From NCBI GenBank assembly GCA_947627155.1, contig CANQUX010000001.1:64046-128045 (forward strand): a stretch of DNA of 64,000 nt, given 5' to 3'. This document shows positions 9,108 to 18,713 of the stretch, one piece after another. The position numbers and the translations under genes were made by a program. This DNA comes from an uncultured Alphaproteobacteria bacterium. GTDB lineage: Bacteria; Pseudomonadota; Alphaproteobacteria; CAAHEQ01; UBA3637. Under the pieces are notes generated by a model. That model did not search any database, was not told where the DNA came from, and saw only the letters and a program-made list of their open reading frames with translations. Within the stretch, counting starts at the first letter, position 1, and the number at the start of each line of letters is the position of its first letter.

Positions 9108-10046
9108 TTAACGCACCAAATTCAGCCAATAAAACAGTTTAATCTTTTTTGATAAAGACAGATACTTATATGATATTATTTTTTCCTGCCGTAAAGAACG
9201 TACAGCCGGAGCGCTTTGTAAAATAAAATTTTTATCTTTCGTTTTAAACGTGTTTTTAATCAGTGCTCCTAAAATGGCGGCAATAATGGTTTTTTGAAGC
9301 AATTTCCAGAGTTTCGGCCGATCTTTAAAATGATTGTAAATTAAAGTCATTCCGCTGATTAAGGAATTCTGTTTTTTACTTGTAAAGCGCGAATTCATAA
9401 TAGATGTACTTGTAATGCGATAAAAATAAAGCTTTTCGTTTAAGTAAGCAAAATGAACGGGTTGTTCAAAAACAAACAGATTAAAAAGCCAATCTTCATA
9501 TACCAAATCGGGAAAACGAATTTTGCCGATAACTTCCCGCTTAAAAAGTTTGTTCCATGCGGCAAAAGCAAATATATTATAGCTTTTTGCATAATCAATC
9601 AGTGCGTTATGAAAAACACGAGGTTCGCAGGTAAGCGTTGAGAAAGGCATACTTTTTTCGGCAGAAACAAAATTACAAATAACAATATCAGTTTTTGTTT
9701 TTTGCTGAACGGAAAGGAGGCGGCTTAAAAAGTCTGGAGAAATGCAGTCATCGCCGTCAATGAAAGAAATATATTGCCCCGAAGCCATATCAAGCCCGTT
9801 GTTTCGGGAAACGGGAAGTCCTTGATTTTCTTGGTTTAAAATTTTAAAACGATTGTCGTTTTTTGCAAATTTTTGTATAATTGACAAAGAGTTATCAGTT
9901 GAACCATCATTGACACAAATAACTTCAAAGTCTTCAAAAGTTTGATTTTGAATGCTTTTTAAACATTCTTCAAGATATTTTTCGCAATTGAATATCGGAA
10001 CAATAACAGATATAAGCGGTTTATTAGACATAATATAAATTCCCAA
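9108..10046 (-). CDS. Family 2 glycosyltransferase.
   Basis: GT2 signature ISVIVPIFNCEKYLEECLKSIQNQT...VICVNDGSTDNS. Confidence 0.8.
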   Translation of the reverse strand: MGIYIMSNKPLISVIVPIFNCEKYLEECLKSIQNQTFEDFEVICVNDGSTDNSLSIIQKFAKNDNRFKILNQENQGLPVSRNNGLDMASGQYISFIDGDDCISPDFLSRLLSVQQKTKTDIVICNFVSAEKSMPFSTLTCEPRVFHNALIDYAKSYNIFAFAAWNKLFKREVIGKIRFPDLVYEDWLFNLFVFEQPVHFAYLNEKLYFYRITSTSIMNSRFTSKKQNSLISGMTLIYNHFKDRPKLWKLLQKTIIAAILGALIKNTFKTKDKNFILQSAPAVRSLRQEKIISYKYLSLSKKIKLFYWLNLVR

Positions 10047-10157
10047 GCAGAAAAAGATAAATTTTCTTTAAAAACGATTTTATTTTAATGGAAAGCGAAG
10101 AAAAGTCAATTATAATTTAAGAAAATGAAAAATTTTTGAAAACGAGTCAAAAAACAC

Positions 10158-10186
10158 TTGACAAACTATTCGAAAATGATTACAAT
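10158..10186 (+). promoter_or_regulatory. Consensus sigma70 promoter of tRNA-fMet.
   Basis: TTGACA-N17-TACAAT, ending 12 nt before the mature tRNA 5' end. Confidence 0.6.
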
Positions 10187-10198
10187 ACACCCATCTGT

Positions 10199-10276
10199 CG
10201 CGGGGTAGAGCAGTCCGGTAGCTTGCCAGGCTCATAACCTGGAGGTCGTGAGGTTCAAATCCCACCCCCGCAACCA
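10199..10276 (+). tRNA. Initiator tRNA-fMet (CAU).
   Basis: Cloverleaf with anticodon CAT. C1·A72 mismatch at the top of the acceptor stem. Near-identical to E. coli tRNA-fMet. Encoded CCA. Confidence 0.9.
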
Positions 10277-10281
10277 TAAAT

Positions 10282-10310
10282 AAAACCGCCTTAAAGGGGC
10301 GGTTTTTTTA
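10282..10310 (+). terminator. Rho-independent terminator after tRNA-fMet.
   Basis: AAAACCGCC-ttaaagg-GGCGGTTTTTTT. Confidence 0.6.
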
Positions 10311-10565
10311 TGGAGCGGAATTCGAGTGGGAGTTGAACCTCACGAAGAAGTGAATGGATAAAAGGGATAGCGGGGTAATTTCTTGTCTAAAAACGATAAT
10401 TTAATGCAAAAAAATTAAAAAATTTTGAAAAATGTTAAAAAAGAGTAAATTTTTTATGTAAATATATGATTGAATTTCCACTATTTTTTATAAAAATGTA
10501 AAAAAAATTTAATTTTTTTTGAAAAAATAGTTTATTTTTAGTTAAAAATGTGTTAATATGTTATC

Positions 10566-10780
10566 AGATGTGAAAAGAAAGATATTTGTTTCGGTTTGAA
10601 AGTCAAATGAAAATCGAACAGAAGTTGAAAGGAATACGGAACGAGTTTGAGATGAGGAACTCTTGAAAAGCGATAAGATAAGTTTTATATAACTTCTCGA
10701 TTATCAGATTAAAATCGCTTTTGAGGTTAGGGGCGGGACGTTAAAAAGGAGCGGCTTTAAAACCGCTCCTTTCTCCGTTT
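10566..10780 (+). ncRNA. Candidate small RNA of about 215 nt. Unclassified.
   Basis: Extended -10 (TGtTAATAT at 10551-10559) upstream and an intrinsic terminator at 10744-10780. Internal long hairpins (AAAAGCGAT...ATCGCTTTT). No ORF above 60 aa. Confidence 0.25.
10744..10780. terminator. Bidirectional intrinsic terminator.
   Basis: AGGAGCGG-cttttaaaa-CCGCTCCT flanked by T-runs on both strands. Serves the minus-strand SIMPL gene. Confidence 0.55.
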
Positions 10781-10794
10781 TAAAAGGCTGATTT

Positions 10795-11514
10795 TTAATC
10801 TAAACGATATTCAACCGTTGAAACAACCCGAACCGTTTTATCAATTTGTTGCGCTTCATAGCTGCCGGATCCGCCTTCTGCCGGTAAAATGGAAAAAACA
10901 CCTTGATTGGCATAGCGAATTTTTCCGACTTGACTGCCGGCGTTTGCCGCAAATTCTGCTGCGGCTTTTTTGGCGTTAATGGTGGCTTCTTTCAGCATTT
11001 TCGGTTTAATATCATTCAGTTTCGTGAAAATGTAAGAAACCGGATCGGAATAGGAATTATCGAAAATAATGCCTTTCCCGATGAGTTGGTTTGTTTTGGG
11101 CAACGATTGCTCGACCAAGTCAACTTTTCCCGACTTAACCGTTATTGTTTGCGTTAAAATAAAACGTGTATTATCGGTAACGTTCCCGTTACGATAGGGA
11201 TTGGCCATTAAATCGTTTGTTTCGATTCGTTCGACGTTAATTTCCGTTTCATTAAAGCCTTGCTCTTTCAAAAAGGTCACAATTTGATTGGCTTGATCGG
11301 TAATGTTTTTTTGCGCTCCGGGTAATTCATTTCCCGTAGTGACAAATTTTAATTTCCATATAGCCAAATCGGCTTTAACGTTCATTTCCGCCAAGCCTTT
11401 TACAACAACCGTATTATTGTTGACTTTGGTTTGATAATAGTAATATCCGGGACAAAATCCGCCCAAAGCAACACCTGCTGCCAATATCAGGGAGGCCGGT
11501 AATAAGTTTTTCAT
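10795..11514 (-). CDS. SIMPL domain protein (BP26/Omp28-like periplasmic immunogenic protein).
   Basis: Signal peptide followed by SIMPL/DUF541-like sequence. Start chosen at MKNLL because RBS AAAGGAAAG precedes it. Confidence 0.6.
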   Translation of the reverse strand: MKNLLPASLILAAGVALGGFCPGYYYYQTKVNNNTVVVKGLAEMNVKADLAIWKLKFVTTGNELPGAQKNITDQANQIVTFLKEQGFNETEINVERIETNDLMANPYRNGNVTDNTRFILTQTITVKSGKVDLVEQSLPKTNQLIGKGIIFDNSYSDPVSYIFTKLNDIKPKMLKEATINAKKAAAEFAANAGSQVGKIRYANQGVFSILPAEGGSGSYEAQQIDKTVRVVSTVEYRLD

Positions 11515-11593
11515 TTTTTCTTTCCTTTCATTGAAGTTCATCATATAAAATATGTTTTATTATAAGTATAAAAAAGTTACTTGACAAGCAAAA

Positions 11594-12370
11594 TTATTCG
11601 CCTGGTTTCTTAAAATGTGAAAAATCTTTTAAATCAATCGGTTTTTCAAAATGAACGCGACGAATAAAATTGTTGTGACGTGCTAATTCCGTTCGGTATG
11701 TTTCTGCTTGCTTTGAATTGATTGTTTGTAAATAATCGGCATATTTTTGAAATAATCCGGTGTCCATTAATTCAACCGATATTTCAGAGACCTCACCCAA
11801 AACGGCTTGCAAAAGGCTTTTCGTGTGTTTATCATTATTGATTATCGGAAAAGAAAGCTGAGTTTCGGCTAAATGCGGCAACGAAATTTGAGCATTCACA
11901 ACAAGCGGCTTTGTTTGGGGATTAAAAATAAACACTGCTTCACCTTTTAAGTGATAAATTCCCATGAGACCTAATGACAGAAGCGGTTTTGAGAGCGCTT
12001 CTTCAAAAGGTTTATAATTTTCGGTTTCGGTAATAATTTGTTGCCCGTATAGGTGCCGTAACGTTTGTAAAACATCTATTTGAAGCCCTTGCATTTGAAA
12101 GCTGATATTTTCACCGTTTTGTCGAATAATCAATTTATCGATTCGATGAGATATTTTTAATTCGGGAAATGAAGCTTGATAAAAAATAAGTCCTTTTCCG
12201 CCGACAGACAGGCCTTTATGCGCATAATGAATGTCATTTTCCGAGAGATGATATTGCTTTAAAAATCGATGATAGCTTTTATTAACGGAAACATGCTGAT
12301 AAAGAATACCGGTTGCCAATAACAAAATAACACAAAAAGCAATCAGGTAAAACAGTTTATTCGTTTTCAT
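11594..12370 (-). CDS. Hypothetical membrane-anchored/secreted protein.
   Basis: N-terminal TM/signal segment. Overlaps the upstream gene (ATGA). Confidence 0.4.
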   Translation of the reverse strand: MKTNKLFYLIAFCVILLLATGILYQHVSVNKSYHRFLKQYHLSENDIHYAHKGLSVGGKGLIFYQASFPELKISHRIDKLIIRQNGENISFQMQGLQIDVLQTLRHLYGQQIITETENYKPFEEALSKPLLSLGLMGIYHLKGEAVFIFNPQTKPLVVNAQISLPHLAETQLSFPIINNDKHTKSLLQAVLGEVSEISVELMDTGLFQKYADYLQTINSKQAETYRTELARHNNFIRRVHFEKPIDLKDFSHFKKPGE

Positions 12371-13857
12371 TTTGCTTCCTCATCAGTACAAGTGGAAGTA
12401 TGGCACAATATCATTTCCGTCGGTTGCACAAAAATATCTTTATGTCCGTTTCCGGATTTTAACGAAAAGATACCGCGAACAAGATATCGACCGTTACCTT
12501 TTTTGCCGTTAATGTGAATGGTATTTTTTAAAACAGAAACTTTATTGTTTTGAATTTGTAAAACCGTTTGCGCTTTTATGGGTATATTTAACGTATGCAA
12601 TAACAATAAAATGCGGGCAGCTGATTGTTGTTCATCAGATATGTCCAATAAGCCGTTTTTAATAATATGTTTTTTCTTTTTTGTCGGCTGAAACGGCATT
12701 AAATATGATTTTTGCGGTGCCGGAATATCTGCTTTTTCTAAATCCGTTTCGCTTTCTTGGGGGCGGGCAGGGGTTGTTGTATCAAAATAAGCGGCTGCCG
12801 ATTGTTCTTTATTTGGGTTGTTTTCGGCGACAAGGGGTGTTTTATCTTCGGTAACAGGTGTTTTTTCCGGTTCTTTCTCATTTTGAGGCGGTATTTTTAA
12901 ATCAGCGGCAAATTCATCGGGTATTTTTTCTTTACTCGATTGATTTTCATCAGAGGAGGGGGATTCAGGGGGTGATAATTTGGCTTTGTTATCAATGGGA
13001 TCAGTTAACGAATCGACAGATGACATTTCTTCGTTGTCAAGAGAGAGGGCACGAAACAGCGCGGATTTGCGTTTTGCTTTTTTGATAACCGGCAAAAGTG
13101 TTTGATATAATTCATCTTCATCCCAATCAATATCCTCTGATTTACGGTGAGATTTTAATGATTGTCGGGAGGCTTTGGGGGAGCGCATAATTTTGTGATG
13201 ATGAGATTTTAAATCTAATTGCACATACATATAAACTTCTTCCGGTGCCGGATTATCCGTATCGCTTAAATAAAGCTGAACCTCTGATTCTGCCGGACAA
13301 AAACGACGTGTTTGCTTTTCAACCGTTTGAAAAACCGTTTGTAAAAAGTGCGGATTGTTTAAACGAGACGTATCGGCAATAATGCCTAACATGCGAAACG
13401 GTGCGCAAACCTTAAAAGCCGGATATGTTCCCGCTGCGGTTTTTTTGGAGGACATTTGCCCGATATAGAAAATATTATTGTCTAAATCACTATATACGGG
13501 AAAAGTGGCTTTTTGAACACCCAGTTCGTCGGAAAAGCGTTTTAAATCAATTTCCGGCAATAAAGAGTCTCCCGTCCAATAGCCGGCGGAAAAATAACCG
13601 TATAATTTTTCAACCGGTTTTGAAAAAGCATTATAAACCGTTATGTTATGATATCCGCGCAGTAATTTATCGGATTCGCATTCTTCTCTGTCGGTTTCAA
13701 TATGCCAAGCATGCGTGTTTTTTTCCGTTAAATAATAAATTTTGCATTTTTTATTTGGCGTTTCAAGAACCTGTTCCTCCAACAAATAAGCATTTGCCTG
13801 TGAAACAAGACCACAAGAAAGCAAGCAAGCAAATAAGATTTTACTGATTAAATGCAT
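12367..13857 (-). CDS. Hypothetical secreted protein with an acidic/Pro-rich central low-complexity region.
   Basis: Signal peptide (MHLISKILFACLLSCGLVSQANA). 496 aa with no recognisable catalytic motif. Confidence 0.4.
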   Translation of the reverse strand: MHLISKILFACLLSCGLVSQANAYLLEEQVLETPNKKCKIYYLTEKNTHAWHIETDREECESDKLLRGYHNITVYNAFSKPVEKLYGYFSAGYWTGDSLLPEIDLKRFSDELGVQKATFPVYSDLDNNIFYIGQMSSKKTAAGTYPAFKVCAPFRMLGIIADTSRLNNPHFLQTVFQTVEKQTRRFCPAESEVQLYLSDTDNPAPEEVYMYVQLDLKSHHHKIMRSPKASRQSLKSHRKSEDIDWDEDELYQTLLPVIKKAKRKSALFRALSLDNEEMSSVDSLTDPIDNKAKLSPPESPSSDENQSSKEKIPDEFAADLKIPPQNEKEPEKTPVTEDKTPLVAENNPNKEQSAAAYFDTTTPARPQESETDLEKADIPAPQKSYLMPFQPTKKKKHIIKNGLLDISDEQQSAARILLLLHTLNIPIKAQTVLQIQNNKVSVLKNTIHINGKKGNGRYLVRGIFSLKSGNGHKDIFVQPTEMILCHTSTCTDEEAK

Positions 13858-13929
13858 ACCTTTATTATACAGACGTTTTTTTCAAATGCAAGTGATAAAG
13901 TGTTTTTTCATTTTTTTTGCGTGCATTTT

Positions 13930-14826
13930 TTATATATCACGTTCATTTTTTTGTTTCATTTTTTGATACACTATTTTTTTAACGGAATTATTCGACTCTC
14001 TCTTTTTTAATAAACGTATGATTTCCTTGTTTTTAACCCGTATGGCTAATTGGAGGGGCGAATGAGAAAATTTATTGGAAATATTTATTTTCGCACCGTT
14101 TTTCAGTAATGTTTCCACGGATTCTTTCTGATTGGAAGCAATGGCATACATTAAAGCCGTATTTCCCTGCATATCTTTAATATTGACATCGGCATTGTTT
14201 TCGATAAGCCATTCCAATGTGCGTTGATTAAAACGATTAACGCTTAACATTAAAGGTGTTTGTTCGTTATTGTTGGGAATATCAATATCTGCACCCGATT
14301 TTTTTAATTGAGCCATCATCTCTATGGAACCGGAACCGGCCGCGCGAAAAAATGCTGTTTCGCCTTTTTTGTTTCTGGCATTGATATCTGCGCCCGCTTT
14401 TACAAATAATTCAATCATTTGCATAGCTTTATGCGTACAGGCTTCCATTAAAGGTGTTCTGCCCGTTTCATCACAGATGTTTAAATTAAGATGATGATCT
14501 ATCATTGATTCCATAATTGTCGTATAGTCTCGCTCCGATTGATATTTATGAATATTTTTAATAAATGTTATAATCGGCAGTTGATTATTTTTATCTTTTT
14601 CATTCAAGTTAATTCCTGTTTCAATCAGTTTAAGAGCATATAATTTTTGTGTGGGATTTTGTAATGCGTAATTTAAAGCCAGTTTTAAGCTTTCTTTATC
14701 TTTAAGAACTTCGGGATTATCAATGATATCTTCAAATTTATTGATATCGTTATCGTAAATAATTCTTATTAAATCAACAGGTTCTTTCATTTTTACAGCC
14801 TTATCGTAAATAAAATAATAATGCAA
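13930..14826 (-). CDS. Ankyrin repeat protein.
   Basis: Multiple 33-aa ANK repeats (G-TPLM-A..., ...GADIN/VN). Confidence 0.8.
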   Translation of the reverse strand: MHYYFIYDKAVKMKEPVDLIRIIYDNDINKFEDIIDNPEVLKDKESLKLALNYALQNPTQKLYALKLIETGINLNEKDKNNQLPIITFIKNIHKYQSERDYTTIMESMIDHHLNLNICDETGRTPLMEACTHKAMQMIELFVKAGADINARNKKGETAFFRAAGSGSIEMMAQLKKSGADIDIPNNNEQTPLMLSVNRFNQRTLEWLIENNADVNIKDMQGNTALMYAIASNQKESVETLLKNGAKINISNKFSHSPLQLAIRVKNKEIIRLLKKRESNNSVKKIVYQKMKQKNERDI

Positions 14827-14914
14827 TTATATGATTGAAGAATGATTCTGTCAATGGGAAATTATGCTAAAATGTAAATTTTAAGTAGCATATCTGAAAA
14901 TCTTTATTAATTCC

Positions 14915-14950
14915 CATAAAAAATACCCGTCTGAAATTTCAGACGGGCAT
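14915..14950 (-). terminator. Intrinsic terminator of the PFOR gene.
   Basis: CCCGTCTGA-aattt-TCAGACGGG followed by a U-run on the minus strand. Confidence 0.65.
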
Positions 14951-14969
14951 TTTATAACAAGGTTTATAA

Positions 14970-17900
14970 TTATTCCTCACCTTTGGCAAGTCTTTCATAG
15001 AGCTTGAAGCGTTGTTCAATTTGCGCTTGTGCTTTTTTGACCAATTCTTCATAATGCTCCGGATTACTTTGCTTGACGGCTTTAAACCGTGTTTCCGTTG
15101 CCATAAAGTCGGCAACCGGACGAGTCGGCTTGCTGTCTAACTGGAAGGGATTTAAGCCCTGTTCGGCACGCCGCGGATCAAAGCGATACAACGGCCATAA
15201 ACCGGTTTCAACTGCCATTTTCTGGTGTTCCAATCCCATTTTGCCGATATCGTATCCGTGAGAGATACAGTGACTGTATGCAATAATCAAAGACGGACCG
15301 TTAAAGCTTTCGGCTTCGTTCATGGCTTGCAAGGCATGCGAATCTTTTGCCCCCAATGAAATGCTGGCAACATAAACACCGCCCGATGACATGGCAATCA
15401 TACCCAAGTCTTTTCGCGGTAATTCACTGCCGGCAATGGCAAATTTGGCAGAAGCGCCGATCGGTGTGGCTTTGGAGCGTTGTCCGCCGGTGTTGGAATA
15501 AACTTCCGTATCCATAACCATAATATTGACGTTTTTGCCGGAATAGAGCACATGATCCAATCCGCCGTAGCCGATATCATAGGCCCAACCGTCGCCGCCC
15601 AAAATCCAAACGGATTTTTTCACGAAATAATCGGCATTATCAAGCAAAATTTTGGCTTGTTCACTCGAAAGCGCAGTCAATTTTTCTTTTAATGCTTGAA
15701 CGCGATTGCGTTGTTCGCTGATTCCTTGTTCCGTTGATTGATCGGCATTTAAAATGGCATTTACCAAGTCTTCACCGATTTCGGCTTTCAATTCGCCTAA
15801 TAATTGAATGGCAAATTCGGTTTTGGCGTTAATGCTGGTGCGCATACCCAAACCGAATTCGGCATTATCTTCAAACAAGGAGTTTGCCCAAGCCGGACCG
15901 CGCCCTTCGCTGTTTTTGGCATACGGCGTTGTCGGTAAGTTTCCGCTGTAAATGGAGGAACAACCGGTGGCGTTGGCAACAATTAAGCGATCGCCGAACA
16001 ACTGTGTCATCATTTTCACATAAGGTGTTTCACCGCAACCGGCACAAGCACCCGAAAATTCAAACAACGGCCGCATTAACGAGACAGATTTAATCATCTT
16101 CGGAGAGAGTTTTGTTCTGTCAACATCGGGCAAGGACATAAAGAAGTTAAAGTTTTGAATATCCTCTTCCAAATGTGTTTCAATCGGAACCATATTAACG
16201 GCTTTGCGTTCCGGATTCTCTTTATTTTTTGCCGGACAAACCTGCGTACACAATGAACAGCCCGTACAATCTTCGGGAGCCACTTGAACAACAAACTTGT
16301 CACCGGCAAACTCTTTGCCTTTATAGTCTGTATATTTGAATGAGGCAGGTGCTTTGTCCAAAGCACTCGGGCTGAATGTTTTTGCCCGAATGGCCGCATG
16401 CGGACAAACGGAAACGCATTTACCGCATTGAATACAAACCGACGGATCCCATTCCGGAATTTCCGTTGCAATCCGGCGTTTTTCATATTTCGCCGTATCT
16501 GTCGGCCAAGTACCGTCAGCCGTCCATTCGAAAGCGCTGACCGGCAATTGTTCGCCGCGACCTTCAATAATTTTACCCGTTACCTTTTGCAACAGTTCGG
16601 GAGCAGTTGTCGGAATACCCGGTTGCCGTTTGTGAACGGAGTTCGCTTTGCCGATTTTAATTTCATGCAAATGAGCCAAAGAGGCATCGACGGCTTTAAT
16701 GTTGGCATCAACAATTTCCTGACCTTTTCGGGCATAAGTTTTTTGAATGGCCTTTTTAATTTTATCAATGGCTTCATCGCGCGGCAAAACACCGGAAATG
16801 GCAAAGAAACACGTTTGCATAATGGTGTTAATGCGTCGTCCCATACCGGTTTTGCCGGCAACTTCAACCGCATTGATGGCATAGAGCTTAATGTTCTTGT
16901 CAATAATTTCCTGTTGCACTTCAATCGGCAAACTATCCCACACTTTGTCGCTCGGTTCGGTTGAGTTAATTAAAAACACGGCGTTTTTGCTGGCAAACGA
17001 CAAAACATCGGTTTTAAACAAGAACGGCATGTGGTGACAAGCAACAAAGCCCGCTTGATTGATTAAATACGGTGCTTTAATCGGATTCTTGGAAAAACGC
17101 AGGTGTGAAGTTGTCATACCGCCGGATTTCTTTGAGTCATATACGAAATAGGCTTGTCCGTAATAATCATCACCGTCGGCAATAATTTTAATTGAGTTTT
17201 TGTTGGCGCCGACCGTTCCGTCAGATCCCAGACCCACGAAAACACAACGGCTGACATCATTTCCTTCAATATCAAAAGAAGGATCGTAAGCCAATGATAA
17301 ATGTGTGACATCATCATCAATACCGACCGTAAAGTGCGCTTTTTCGGTGTTTTCCAAAACGGCTTTGGCCATTGCCGGCGTAAATTCTTTGGAGGATAAG
17401 CCGTAGCGTCCGCCCAAAACTTTCGGCATGGAGGACAACGATCCGTTTGAAACGCCTTCCGCCAACGTGGAAACAACATCCAAATAAAGCGGTTCGCCGA
17501 CGGAGCCCGATTCTTTTGTTCTGTCAAGAACGGAAACGTATTTAACGGTTTTCGGCATGGCTTTAATGAAGGCTTCTTTCGGGAACGGACGATACAAATG
17601 AATGCCGATAACACCGTATTTACCGCCTTTGGCATTTAAAGCTTTAATTGTTTCCTGCAACGTTTCAACACTGGAACCGATGGAAACGGCAATGTGTTCG
17701 GCATCAGCCGCACCGAAATATTCCACCAAATGATAAGCCCGACCCGTCACTTCTTCAAATTTACGCATGGCTTTTTCAACAATGGCCGGACAGGCATTGT
17801 AATATTTGTTGGCTGCTTCTTTAATTTGGAAGAAAACATCCGGATTTTGTGCCGTACCGCGTACTTTCGGATCCTCCGGCTTTAAAGCATGTTTCGTTGT

Positions 17901-18503
17901 AAAATCGGTCGGAATATCGGCCATTAAAGTTTTTAAATCTTCATCGGAAATGAGATTGATTTTGTTAATTTCATGCGAGGTTCTGAATCCGTCAAAGAAA
18001 TGAATGAACGGAATACGCGAGAGGAACGTGGACATTTGTGCAATCGCGGCAAAATCCTGCGCTTCCTGAACGGAATTTGAAGCAATCATGGCAAAACCCG
18101 TTTGACGGCAAGCCATCACGTCGGAATGATCGCCGAAAATGGAAAGCGCGTGTCCCGCAATGGTTCGCGCGGCAACGTGCATAACAAACGGTGTTAATTC
18201 GCCTGCAATTTTAAACATATTCGGAATCATCAGCAATAAGCCTTGTGAAGCCGTGTATGTGGTGGTGATTGAACCGGCTTGCAATGATCCGTGAACGGCA
18301 CCGATGGCACCGGCTTCCGATTGCATTTCCAAAACCTCCGGTACTTTACCCCAAATATTTTTGACACCGGCGGCCGACCATGTATCGGACCATTCGCCCA
18401 TGGGCGATGACGGTGTAATCGGGTAAATAATTGAAACTTCATTCAGTTTATGAGCGACCAAAGCAGCAGCTTCATTCGCATCGAGCATTTTCATTTTTGC
18501 CAT
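14970..18503 (-). CDS. nifJ: Pyruvate:ferredoxin (flavodoxin) oxidoreductase, single-polypeptide NifJ/PorA-type.
   Basis: 1177 aa. Two 4Fe-4S ferredoxin motifs (CIQCGKCVSVCP, CTGCSLCTQVCP) and TPP-binding GDG motifs. Full domain order typical of PFOR. Confidence 0.9.
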   Translation of the reverse strand: MAKMKMLDANEAAALVAHKLNEVSIIYPITPSSPMGEWSDTWSAAGVKNIWGKVPEVLEMQSEAGAIGAVHGSLQAGSITTTYTASQGLLLMIPNMFKIAGELTPFVMHVAARTIAGHALSIFGDHSDVMACRQTGFAMIASNSVQEAQDFAAIAQMSTFLSRIPFIHFFDGFRTSHEINKINLISDEDLKTLMADIPTDFTTKHALKPEDPKVRGTAQNPDVFFQIKEAANKYYNACPAIVEKAMRKFEEVTGRAYHLVEYFGAADAEHIAVSIGSSVETLQETIKALNAKGGKYGVIGIHLYRPFPKEAFIKAMPKTVKYVSVLDRTKESGSVGEPLYLDVVSTLAEGVSNGSLSSMPKVLGGRYGLSSKEFTPAMAKAVLENTEKAHFTVGIDDDVTHLSLAYDPSFDIEGNDVSRCVFVGLGSDGTVGANKNSIKIIADGDDYYGQAYFVYDSKKSGGMTTSHLRFSKNPIKAPYLINQAGFVACHHMPFLFKTDVLSFASKNAVFLINSTEPSDKVWDSLPIEVQQEIIDKNIKLYAINAVEVAGKTGMGRRINTIMQTCFFAISGVLPRDEAIDKIKKAIQKTYARKGQEIVDANIKAVDASLAHLHEIKIGKANSVHKRQPGIPTTAPELLQKVTGKIIEGRGEQLPVSAFEWTADGTWPTDTAKYEKRRIATEIPEWDPSVCIQCGKCVSVCPHAAIRAKTFSPSALDKAPASFKYTDYKGKEFAGDKFVVQVAPEDCTGCSLCTQVCPAKNKENPERKAVNMVPIETHLEEDIQNFNFFMSLPDVDRTKLSPKMIKSVSLMRPLFEFSGACAGCGETPYVKMMTQLFGDRLIVANATGCSSIYSGNLPTTPYAKNSEGRGPAWANSLFEDNAEFGLGMRTSINAKTEFAIQLLGELKAEIGEDLVNAILNADQSTEQGISEQRNRVQALKEKLTALSSEQAKILLDNADYFVKKSVWILGGDGWAYDIGYGGLDHVLYSGKNVNIMVMDTEVYSNTGGQRSKATPIGASAKFAIAGSELPRKDLGMIAMSSGGVYVASISLGAKDSHALQAMNEAESFNGPSLIIAYSHCISHGYDIGKMGLEHQKMAVETGLWPLYRFDPRRAEQGLNPFQLDSKPTRPVADFMATETRFKAVKQSNPEHYEELVKKAQAQIEQRFKLYERLAKGEE

Positions 18504-18668
18504 ATTTTCTTCCTTTCAGTTAATTAAAAAATATGTTATCCTCTTATACGCCCGAACAAAATAAATGTCAATTGAAAAAATGCATATTATTTTGTTAAAA
18601 AGTTTAGAATCAGTGATTCTCTTTATATTTAAAGATGTTTTGAAAATGATTTTTTTCCTTAATAAAAA

Positions 18669-18712
18669 AAACGGGCACTTTTGAAAGTAAACCCGTTTTT
18701 TTTTAAAGATAA
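18669..18712 (-). terminator. Putative terminator after the NUDIX gene.
   Basis: ACGGG/CCCGT stem with a long loop, followed by a 9-nt T/A run. Confidence 0.3.
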
Positions 18713-18713
18713 C

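Noticed and set aside
10313-10375. tRNA-like fragment (GAGTGGGAGTTGAACCTCAC) just downstream of tRNA-fMet.
   Set aside because: It resembles a T-arm only loosely. No acceptor or anticodon arms can be built, so it is probably chance or a degraded remnant.
15073-17885. Multiple ORFs of 60-190 aa antisense to or out of frame with the PFOR gene.
   Set aside because: All are nested within a 1177-aa gene that has strong PFOR motifs throughout. They lack RBSs.
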